A stretch of DNA of 64,000 nucleotides from Halarcobacter sp. (GTDB lineage: Bacteria > Campylobacterota > Campylobacteria > Campylobacterales > Arcobacteraceae): positions 1,536,001 through 1,600,000 of the forward strand of contig CP182352.1 of the NCBI GenBank assembly GCA_048571215.1, written 5' to 3'. Every line of letters begins with the position of its first letter. Within the stretch, counting starts at the first letter, position 1. A model generated the notes under the pieces. It was given only the letters and a program-made list of their open reading frames with translations. It was not told where the DNA came from and ran no database searches. Positions 40,808 to 49,478 of the stretch are shown here, in pieces. The translations under genes and the position numbers were made by a program.

Positions 40808-41647
40808 CTATTTTAATAAGCTTGAAATCTCTTCAATCTCTTTAATACTTAATTCAAAACTATCTAATAGTAAGTCCTCATTCATATGAGTTTTAGAAGT
40901 GGTACCATTCAATGGTACTACTCCTATTTGATTTAAAAACTTATAAAAAACAACCGCTACACTTTTATCATATTTTGATGCTAAGTAGTTTACAAATTTA
41001 TTTGATAATATATGTGGGTTTGCAGTGAGAGACCAAAAACTCTCATATATTATCCCTTTATCTTTACACCAAGCTCTAATCTCTTTGTCATAAGAGCTTT
41101 GGGCATAAAATCTATTTTGTACAATAGATGGCTTAGTATCTACATTTTTATATAAATATTCTAAAACATCCAAATCATAACAATTACTAATACCCAACTG
41201 TCCCACTTCTTTGTTTTTATAAAAACTACTCATAACTTCCCAAGCTTTTAAAAGTTTAGCTCCTGGAAATATTGGTGAGTGTAAAATATAAGAATCTATA
41301 TAATCAAGTTTTAGATTCTTTTTAGAAGTTTCAAAAGACTTTTTTATCTGAACCTCTAAAGAGTCTTCTGCAAGATAGGGCATGTTATTTATATCTTGTC
41401 CATCTATAGGAGTAAATTTTGTTTGAATATATATCTCCTCCCTTTTAAGTCCTTCATTAAAAGCTTTTGCTATCCCCTCACCCACTAAATCCTCTTGATA
41501 ATGTTTTGGTTGACAAGCTGTATCTATCCCTTTAAAGCCAGTTTTTAAAGCCTCATAAACAAAATCTGCTGTTTGCTGTTTTTTCCAAGCAGTTCCATAA
41601 ATCATATTTGGTATTTTAATATTTTGATTTGATAAAAAATAGTTCAT
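40808..41647 (-). CDS. Aldo/keto reductase
   Basis: YGTAW, IDTA...Y, YIDSYILHSP, LGISN. Confidence 0.85.
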   Translation of the reverse strand: MNYFLSNQNIKIPNMIYGTAWKKQQTADFVYEALKTGFKGIDTACQPKHYQEDLVGEGIAKAFNEGLKREEIYIQTKFTPIDGQDINNMPYLAEDSLEVQIKKSFETSKKNLKLDYIDSYILHSPIFPGAKLLKAWEVMSSFYKNKEVGQLGISNCYDLDVLEYLYKNVDTKPSIVQNRFYAQSSYDKEIRAWCKDKGIIYESFWSLTANPHILSNKFVNYLASKYDKSVAVVFYKFLNQIGVVPLNGTTSKTHMNEDLLLDSFELSIKEIEEISSLLK

Positions 41648-41780
41648 AAATAAATCCTTCGTATTTTTTATTATACTAAAGCAAAAATTCTAATTCTAGC
41701 TTATAAATGTCTATTATATAAACATCCTTTTGTAAGATTAAATTTTAAAACACTATATAATTTCAATAAAAAGAGCAAAA

Positions 41781-41999
41781 ATGGCAAAAGAGTTCAACCC
41801 AGATGATTTTTTTAGTGTAAAAACAGTAGAAGAAATCGTACCAAAATTTAAGCACCTATATAATCAAAACTACCAAGAACTAAGTTTAAATGAAGAACTA
41901 GTAAAACTAAACTACGAAATCACTTCACCTGAGTACAAAGACAAAAGCTTTGCAAAGTTAGAAGAGTATTTTAAATATGAAGTTGATACGATAGTCTAA
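41781..41999 (+). CDS. Hypothetical protein
   Basis: 72-aa ORF with upstream TATAAT and a purine-rich RBS. Confidence 0.55.
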   Translation: MAKEFNPDDFFSVKTVEEIVPKFKHLYNQNYQELSLNEELVKLNYEITSPEYKDKSFAKLEEYFKYEVDTIV

Positions 42000-42203
42000 A
42001 ATGTTAAAAATTTTAATCCTATTGATTCTTTTGTAGATATAAATTAATCTGTTTGAAAACATACTGTTTTCCTACATAATAATTATAAAAATATTATATC
42101 ACATAAGTTGGTTTTGTTAAAATTTAATTTTTACTTATAAAATTCGGCTCAATGCAAATAAAAAACCATCAAAAATTGCTTATAATTGAATAATAACGAT
42201 AAT

Positions 42204-42770
42204 TTAAGTATCTAATACCTTCTTTATCAAATATGCACTATGTAATCTTTCAATCAATGTAAATTGATTATTAATAGGAGAATGTATTTTATTTTCGAAC
42301 AGTTTTATCTTTTCTAAGCCTACATTTCCATTTGTATAAATTAAAATAGGTATATTTTCATCAACACTTTTCAATAACTTAAACCATTCTTCTAATGTTT
42401 TATCATCTTCTGCAAATAAAATAATTATAGAAAAGTTATTTAATTTAATTTTTTCATTACAATTATTTATGTTCTTCATATTTCTAAATTTAGAAAATAT
42501 AGCCATATTATTAATTTTATTTTTATTATCATTACAAATTAAAATCTTACTTTCTCTAAAATCTTTAATATTTTTTATATCATTTAAATGCTCTAAAATT
42601 TCATTTCTATATCCATCAAACATTGAAGATAATTTATCTTTAATATTAGCATTAAAATAATCAGAAGTTTTTTTATCACATATAGTCTTAATAAGAAAAT
42701 ATATTAATACACCTAAGAATCCAATAATCAAGGCTAAAACTACTTTTGATATCAAACTTTCAAATTCCAT
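42204..42770 (-). CDS. CRISPR-associated membrane protein: N-terminal TM helix + C-terminal Rossmannoid/REC-like domain (Cam2/NARF-like candidate)
   Basis: TM VVLALIIGFLGVLIYFLI; beta-strand pattern KILIC / IIILF / ILIYT; starts 2 nt after the HEPN ORF. Confidence 0.55.
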   Translation of the reverse strand: MEFESLISKVVLALIIGFLGVLIYFLIKTICDKKTSDYFNANIKDKLSSMFDGYRNEILEHLNDIKNIKDFRESKILICNDNKNKINNMAIFSKFRNMKNINNCNEKIKLNNFSIIILFAEDDKTLEEWFKLLKSVDENIPILIYTNGNVGLEKIKLFENKIHSPINNQFTLIERLHSAYLIKKVLDT

Positions 42771-42772
42771 TT

Positions 42773-43832
42773 TTATTTTCCTCTTTTTCCATTAGATTTT
42801 TTTCTCTCAATAAAATAACTTGAATAATCATAAGACTCAATTGAATTATCAATTTTATGAAGGATAGAATTTATCTGAGTATAAATACTTTCTAAATCTT
42901 TTATTTCATCCTTCACAATAACTCTATTATGAGCTATTGCATTTCTTATCTTGGATAGTTTTTTCCACTTCACATCAAATAAATTTTGTTTATTTTCTAA
43001 TAAATTGCAAAAATATAATTCCCAATTTGTTTTAGGTAAAAACTTTTCTAAATCATCTATACAAGTTAATTTTCTCTCTAAGTATCTATTAATCAACTCT
43101 TTTTTTTCTTCTTTCGTTAATCTCTCATATGGTATAAACAAAAAATCCCTTATTTCTTTAAAGTCTACATAATACAAAATATCTCCACACTTGTAATCTA
43201 AATTATTATTTTTTCTTTTAACTCCATTTTTAATTTCTGTGGGAATAGTTTTGTCATACCAATTTGCACCCATAAAACGATACATTACCTTTGTTAAAAC
43301 TTTTCGCATCATAAAGCTTTGGATAATATTCATTACATATATATGCCTCATATGAATTAGATAGAACTAAGGGCTTATTTTTAGTTTCATCCATAATTAC
43401 TTTTTCTAGATACTCTTTTATATTTTCAAATAAACTAATTTTTTTTATACTATAAGGTGTATTCTTATAAGATATTTCCGAATCATCAACTTTTGGTTCA
43501 TTTTCATTTGTGCCAGTAATGTCCATTTCTTCTTCATAGAATAAATCACATTTTTTTTCAATATTATCAAATGTAATGGAAAAAATGAATATTCCTTCTT
43601 TTAGCATTTTAAATTGATAATTAAACTTTATTTCTTCATCATCATTAATAAAAAAATATTTACCATCTTTATTTATTTCTATAGATATATCTATTTCTTT
43701 TCCATCAATTTCAAATCTACTAATACTTTCCAAATTTCCTAAAATAATATGATTAAGAAAAAAATCTTCTTCTTTTTTGATTTTTGAAATAGCATTAACA
43801 TCAATTAAATATTCTAATTCGTAATTATTCAT
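42773..43832 (-). pseudogene. HEPN (Swt1/ApeA-like) ribonuclease gene split into two overlapping ORFs (43254-43832, 42773-43351)
   Basis: RxxxxH motif RNAIAH; YPKLY in ORF1 joins MRKVL...GANW in ORF2 near 43310; starts 2 nt after csm5. Confidence 0.65.
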
Positions 43833-43834
43833 AA

Positions 43835-44935
43835 CTATTCTTCTATCTCACACAATACCCATCCAAAAGGTAGTAAGGTATCAATACTATCTTCATTCTC
43901 TCCAAAAAGCCATGTAGTTGTTTCTTCTTCTAAGTTTTCCCAAATATTTTTCTTTCGTTTAGGACCGCCACCACTAACTTTTACTTTTATATTTCTTAAA
44001 CCATCTATTGTTACAGTTCTTGCTCCACTATGTTTTCCAATCCGTAATAAAAATTGATTTTTATTTTTAAACTCAAAGTTTAAATACTTTTCATAAAAAT
44101 CTTCTCTAAAATAATCAATTATAAAATCATATTCTAAAGAATCTTTATATAAATTTTTTTGTCTAAACATAGAATCAAATAATTCATAATAATGATCATT
44201 GCATGATTTTATTATCTTTTCAATTGTTATTTGCTCTTTAGAATTATAATCTTTAATTTGTAAAGATGTTTCAAATTCAGATTTTTCACATATAACTTCA
44301 ATTTTTGTTGATGGTCCTTGATTGTCATCTTCAAATCTCTCTTTATTTAAAGAAAAACCTATAAGAGAGGAACTATTTAGTATTTTTGTATCAGATATAG
44401 AAATATTTTTAAAAATACTTTCACTTGGCATTTGAAAAGTTTCTTTCAATTTTGAGTAGTTACTATTTTTGTAAATATATTCTTGATATGCAGTTGAGAT
44501 TGAGCCTTTGATACTACTTCCTGTAATATATGGATTACCAGTTATTTCATCTTTTATTGTTTTTTGAATTTGAAATTGGTTTATTACAGGTTTTTTTATT
44601 CCTGAGCCTTCAAATTTAGATATTATACCTATTCTCCTATTATACTCTTTTTCGATACCCTGGGTAACTTTCACTTTTAAGGTAAAAATATTTTTTACTA
44701 TATCTTTTCGTTTTTTTATAAATTTATTTATAGAAGATAATGCTAAGTTATCTTCTCTTGTTACTAATTCTTCAAATTTTGTTTTATCTTCTTTTGATAA
44801 ACTTTCAAAAAAACTAAATTCATCAAATTCATAAAGGAAACCATTATCTATAACGAAGTTTGTAGGTTCATATGATTCTCCTATGCCAATATGCATAGGA
44901 GTTAAAAGAGTCATTTTTAATTTATAAGTCTTCAT
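43835..44935 (-). CDS. csm5: Type III-A RAMP protein Csm5
   Basis: LTPMHIG, PYITGSSIKG, LRIGKHSG, PFGW. Confidence 0.85.
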   Translation of the reverse strand: MKTYKLKMTLLTPMHIGIGESYEPTNFVIDNGFLYEFDEFSFFESLSKEDKTKFEELVTREDNLALSSINKFIKKRKDIVKNIFTLKVKVTQGIEKEYNRRIGIISKFEGSGIKKPVINQFQIQKTIKDEITGNPYITGSSIKGSISTAYQEYIYKNSNYSKLKETFQMPSESIFKNISISDTKILNSSSLIGFSLNKERFEDDNQGPSTKIEVICEKSEFETSLQIKDYNSKEQITIEKIIKSCNDHYYELFDSMFRQKNLYKDSLEYDFIIDYFREDFYEKYLNFEFKNKNQFLLRIGKHSGARTVTIDGLRNIKVKVSGGGPKRKKNIWENLEEETTTWLFGENEDSIDTLLPFGWVLCEIEE

Positions 44936-45831
44936 TTTATTTCCTTTAAAGGAAAGAGTATAGAATACCCTTGATGTATAGCTTTTTCAAATGATGATAT
45001 ACCTTTAATAGCTTTACCATCATAAAATCTCTCTTTAGTGAATTTATATTTAATCACTGTTGAGTTTTTTGCTAAAAGTATAGGTTTTTTAAATGGATTA
45101 TCATTATCTACTTGGCTGGAGTTTTTACCAAATTTTGTTAAAGGAGAATAATATAATTCTTCACACTCTAAATTTTCCAATGAAATAGAAGATAATGTCA
45201 TATACGTTGTTGTTTCATTTTTTAAACTTATTTCTTCAAAATCTTCTTTTTGAAATATAAACCTACCTTTTCCTATAGAAGTTTTTTTGCCATAACCAAA
45301 CTCTGATATAAACTCCATACACTCTAATAATTTTTCTTTTTTAAATTGTTTTGATAATAAAAAATATATATCAAATTCAAAATCTTTTATTGGATATTCT
45401 TCTATACCAAAAGGTGAGAATCTATCTTTTTCGGTCCTAAAAGCAAGATAATTTAATGAGTTTTTCATAACATTTATTTTTTTATTTAAATCAACTCTTC
45501 CCTCTATATTATTGATATTTTTAGCATTTATATAATTTCCATTTTCTAAATCTTTTATTTTCAGCCACAATTTTTTTGAATTATTTTTCTTTTCTTTACT
45601 ATTTTCTTTTAAAAATTTCATAGGCATATTTGGCTTTGGAAGATAACCTTTAGGGAAGCCATCTGAAACAATCAAAAAGGGATTTTTATCATATTCTAAA
45701 AGTAATTCTTCTAACTTATCTTCACCATACTTATTTTTAATTGCCCAACATATTTGACCAAATAGAGTATCTCCTTGCAAAGATGTTGCAAAATTAGAAA
45801 TAGGCTTTATAGTAAGTTTATAAAGTTTCAT
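44932..45831 (-). CDS. csm4: Type III-A Cas5-group protein Csm4
   Basis: GDTLFGQICW, VSDGFP, GYGKKTSIGKG; likely start MKLYKL at 45831. Confidence 0.85.
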   Translation of the reverse strand: MKLYKLTIKPISNFATSLQGDTLFGQICWAIKNKYGEDKLEELLLEYDKNPFLIVSDGFPKGYLPKPNMPMKFLKENSKEKKNNSKKLWLKIKDLENGNYINAKNINNIEGRVDLNKKINVMKNSLNYLAFRTEKDRFSPFGIEEYPIKDFEFDIYFLLSKQFKKEKLLECMEFISEFGYGKKTSIGKGRFIFQKEDFEEISLKNETTTYMTLSSISLENLECEELYYSPLTKFGKNSSQVDNDNPFKKPILLAKNSTVIKYKFTKERFYDGKAIKGISSFEKAIHQGYSILFPLKEIK

Positions 45832-45833
45832 CA

Positions 45834-46511
45834 CTATTCCCATTTATCTTTATTACTAAAACTCACTCTTCCATAACCTCTTGTACCGTTTCCACCTAAA
45901 TAATCATCTTCAATAAGTTCTAAACCTTTTTTCACTATATCTTTTAATTTATCTTGTTCATCGTCAAATGGTTTATCTTCAATAATTTTTAAAGAAATAA
46001 TATAATTAAACTTTACCCCCCTACATACTCTTTCAGTTTGTCTTGGATGTTTTGCTGTTCCATTTGTTCTATCTATTACATTTTCATATTTTGATTCGGT
46101 AAGATTTTTTATATCTTTTTGTTCAATAAGACTACAATCAGAAAAGCTAAGTCTTGTAACACCATAATTTTCTCTTTTTTCTTCAGAATTCGCATCTCCA
46201 AAAAGTTTTATTAGATTTACTGCTTTCTCTTTTTTTCCCTCTTTTTCAAAAACTACATCAGAAAAATATTTTGAAGAAAAAGGTTTCCCTTTTTCCTTAT
46301 CATCTCTTCCAACATTAACCAATCCAAAATGCCATTCTAGTAAACTTCTCATCTTACCTTTTATACTACTTCCAGGGACATAAGGTTTATCAGTATTTAT
46401 ATCTTTTATAACACTATTACTAACACCTCCAATTTTCATAACATCATCACCAGCACCAATATGTAAACCTGTTAATACTTCTAACTCTCCAACTAATTTT
46501 AATATTTTCAT
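45834..46511 (-). CDS. csm3: Type III-A Cas7 backbone protein Csm3 (catalytic Asp apparently replaced by Ser)
   Basis: TGLHIG, PYVPGSSIKGKMRSLLE, ENVIDR, YLGGNGTRGYG; IGGVSNSVIKD; likely start at 46511. Confidence 0.9.
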   Translation of the reverse strand: MKILKLVGELEVLTGLHIGAGDDVMKIGGVSNSVIKDINTDKPYVPGSSIKGKMRSLLEWHFGLVNVGRDDKEKGKPFSSKYFSDVVFEKEGKKEKAVNLIKLFGDANSEEKRENYGVTRLSFSDCSLIEQKDIKNLTESKYENVIDRTNGTAKHPRQTERVCRGVKFNYIISLKIIEDKPFDDEQDKLKDIVKKGLELIEDDYLGGNGTRGYGRVSFSNKDKWE

Positions 46512-46512
46512 T

Positions 46513-46875
46513 TTAATCTCTCCCCTCAAAAAAACCTAGCACAGCTTCAAAAAAAAGTTTAAAACAAAGCAAAGTATCTTTTATATTTTCTTTTGTAATT
46601 AAACTTACACATTGACTCATCATATCCTGAAATTCTTTTGATACAACACCCCTACTTCTTGCATATGATACTTTTGAATTTAACATTTTTACAAAAGGAA
46701 TAATATTTTCAACATCTTCATTATTTTTATTCAACTTATTTTCTAAATCCATTATATATTCATAAAAATTTCTAAGTTGTGTTTTTTTAGTTTTACCTAT
46801 AGCTAAAGCCCATTCTTGCGCAACTTTATTAAAAAGTTCTTCATTTTTTGTATAATCTAATACTATATTTTGCAT
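46513..46875 (-). CDS. csm2: Type III-A small subunit Csm2 (Cas11)
   Basis: TQLRNFY, KVSYARSR, FFEAVLGF; 120 aa between cas10 and csm3. Confidence 0.88.
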   Translation of the reverse strand: MQNIVLDYTKNEELFNKVAQEWALAIGKTKKTQLRNFYEYIMDLENKLNKNNEDVENIIPFVKMLNSKVSYARSRGVVSKEFQDMMSQCVSLITKENIKDTLLCFKLFFEAVLGFFEGRD

Positions 46876-48444
46876 CTAGTCTCTCCCTTTATAAATAAAT
46901 TCACTTATTACCATCTTTGAAGCTTTTGGATTTTTCTCTATTTGTGTATCTAAGACTTTATATAAATCCTCATAACTTTCTTTTTTCATATTTCTTCTAA
47001 AACTATAATTTAGTTTTGATTTCCACATAGTAGATAAAACATCACCCTCTTTAACTTTTATTGACATTTCTATTAATTCTAAAAGAGAATAAAAAAATGC
47101 ACTTTTTTTATCTTCTTCTTCGATTTTACTAAGCTCATTTTCTAATACTTTTTTTACATCAATATACTCTTGCCACTTTACAGTTTCATCAAAAAGTGTA
47201 ATAGAGTCTTTATCTTGGTTTTCTTTTGATTTTTCAAGTAACTCTTCAATCTTAGAAGACATATAAGATATTGGTACATTTTCTTTACTTAGCATAATTG
47301 CTACACTTAATGTAAGGTTTTCGTTTGAAAAATTTCTAAATTCTTTATATATTTTTTCTGAAAAATCTATTATTTCATTCCATGCACCTATAATAAAAAA
47401 GTCATCTCCACCTGTAAAAACTACATAAGTATTTTTATAGTTTTCTTCTAAAAATTCTGGTACTTTTTGAGTGAAAAAGTTGTTTAAAGTATAAGAAAAA
47501 TAAATATAGTTTTCATAACTATCAAAAGCATTACTCTTATCTTTAATAAATTCTCCTAAACTATCAACATCACCTTTTATTACAGCTAAGTTTTCTGCAC
47601 CTTCTGTATTTTTTGCTAAATCATCAAAACTATAAGCCACACCTTTTTCGTTTGATTTTACATAAGATTTAATTTTCCAAAATTCTTTTAGGCTTTTAAA
47701 TTCATCATTTTCATTTTCTGAAAATGAAACATGGTAGTTATTGAAAATCTTTATACCACTATCATCATTTGAAATTTTCATATAATTTTTACTTGCTAAA
47801 TTTTCACCTAACTTTATAAAATCGTCACAAATTTTACAAACTTCTTTTTCCTCTTGTATTCTTCTTATTCCACAGGTTTTACATAGTGTTTGATTAGTTG
47901 GAACATCAACATAATCCAAAACTGTATTTTGATTTTGTAAATTAAACTTATTAAACTTTGCAAACTCCATCTTTTCGTTTAGTTTTTCTCTGATTTCTCT
48001 AAATTCTTTAGGATTAATTAGATATGATTTTAAAATATCCATGGATACAAGCTTTACCCCTGCTAGGGCAAAAAAGTTTTCTATAAAGTAATTATCTACT
48101 TCTTTTTGAATCTCTTCAATTTTATTTTTGTCAACTCTTGGAGATAGTATTTCTATTTTTCCAGCCTCACTAAAAATAATATTTTCTTCCTCTAGTCCTA
48201 AAACTTTTAGTATATATAGGGATAATACTTTTGTAAATATTTGTACATAAGCTGATTTTGCTCTTAATACTTTATAAGCTTTTGATGATGGTACATTTTC
48301 AAAAATAAAGTTTTGTATTCCATAAAAATCTGCACAAATGATAGTCAACTCATTGTCTTTTAAAATATCATCTATTTTTAAAATATCTTTTTTAAATAAT
48401 TCACTATATTTTTTATTAAATACATTTTTAACTTCTATCATCAA
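46876..48444 (-). CDS. cas10: Cas10/Csm1 without HD domain; Palm cyclase motifs intact
   Basis: Begins almost at DFYGIQNFIF; zinc finger CKTC/CKIC; KGDVDSLG; VFTGGDDFF; only 522 aa. Confidence 0.9.
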   Translation of the reverse strand: MMIEVKNVFNKKYSELFKKDILKIDDILKDNELTIICADFYGIQNFIFENVPSSKAYKVLRAKSAYVQIFTKVLSLYILKVLGLEEENIIFSEAGKIEILSPRVDKNKIEEIQKEVDNYFIENFFALAGVKLVSMDILKSYLINPKEFREIREKLNEKMEFAKFNKFNLQNQNTVLDYVDVPTNQTLCKTCGIRRIQEEKEVCKICDDFIKLGENLASKNYMKISNDDSGIKIFNNYHVSFSENENDEFKSLKEFWKIKSYVKSNEKGVAYSFDDLAKNTEGAENLAVIKGDVDSLGEFIKDKSNAFDSYENYIYFSYTLNNFFTQKVPEFLEENYKNTYVVFTGGDDFFIIGAWNEIIDFSEKIYKEFRNFSNENLTLSVAIMLSKENVPISYMSSKIEELLEKSKENQDKDSITLFDETVKWQEYIDVKKVLENELSKIEEEDKKSAFFYSLLELIEMSIKVKEGDVLSTMWKSKLNYSFRRNMKKESYEDLYKVLDTQIEKNPKASKMVISEFIYKGRD

Positions 48445-49262
48445 ATCTCCTTAACCTCTATTTTCCCAAGTCCAAAAACTGTTTGTTTTCCTACATTTAA
48501 TAGTTCTGCTATTTTTAGTATTTTATAGTTTTGTTCACTTAAATCTTTTACAACTAAACTTCCCATTACACCATCAAATTTCATTTTTGTTTTTTGGGGA
48601 CTACTATATCTTGTAAGATTTTTTTTATAGAGGTTTTTATTTACTACTTTATACTCTTTTGTTACTTCTAGTTTTGGCGCATTTGGATAGATGTATTCAT
48701 ATCTTTTTCTACTTGAAAGCAAGATATCAAAAAGGTCTAAACTATCATCATATATAAGTTTATTTTCTTTTTTTATTCTTATGGGTGTTAGTATATTTAT
48801 AGCTACGTCTTTTTTTGTTTCACTCTCTTTATACTCTTTTTGTGTAATATTTTTTAAATCAAAGGTTTCGTTTTCATAAACCAAAATATCATTTACATAT
48901 ATTTTAAACTCATTAAAATACTTATTCTCTTTTCCAAGACCAATAGAAGTTAATAACTTATGAAAACTTGAAAGTATAAAAGGAAGTTGTTCACATACCT
49001 CATCAAAAAGATAAAAAGAAAAATCATAAGATTTGTTGCCAAGAGATATATCAAATCTATATTTATGATAATTATCTTCCAAATAAAATGTGTAAAAAAG
49101 ACAATTATCTTTTGCAAAACAATTTTCACATTCGTATGTTGGATTTATGCAAACCACTTTTTTAAGAGCATACCCCAAAGCCCCACGAAGCTGACTTCCA
49201 GTAAAATAAGGAGGCATATACTCTTCATATATTTTTATATCTATTTTGTAATATTTCATCAA
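48441..49262 (-). CDS. cas6: Cas6 pre-crRNA endoribonuclease (Cys-cluster type)
   Basis: GSQLRGALG, C-x5-C-x2-C-x5-C cluster, C-terminal G-loop VGKQTVFGLG. Confidence 0.88.
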   Translation of the reverse strand: MMKYYKIDIKIYEEYMPPYFTGSQLRGALGYALKKVVCINPTYECENCFAKDNCLFYTFYLEDNYHKYRFDISLGNKSYDFSFYLFDEVCEQLPFILSSFHKLLTSIGLGKENKYFNEFKIYVNDILVYENETFDLKNITQKEYKESETKKDVAINILTPIRIKKENKLIYDDSLDLFDILLSSRKRYEYIYPNAPKLEVTKEYKVVNKNLYKKNLTRYSSPQKTKMKFDGVMGSLVVKDLSEQNYKILKIAELLNVGKQTVFGLGKIEVKEI

Positions 49263-49478
49263 ATAACTTTTAAATATTGTATTTTCTTTTATTATATTAT
49301 AAATTATATTAATCTTTTAAAATAACTTTTTCCAACTAAATTTAAAAAAATCTATGATAAACTACCATAATATCAAAGTTCTTTAAAAACCTATTGTTTT
49401 TAATAAAATGCTTGGAAAAATCCAATCAAATCCCATAAAAAGGGGAAATTAAGATTTTAAAAGCACCTATTTACTTTG
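49263..49478 (+). promoter_or_regulatory. AT-rich CRISPR leader and divergent cas promoter region
   Basis: Non-coding, between cas6 and the first perfect repeat; contains the inverted pair TTTTTCCAA...TTGGAAAAA. Confidence 0.65.
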
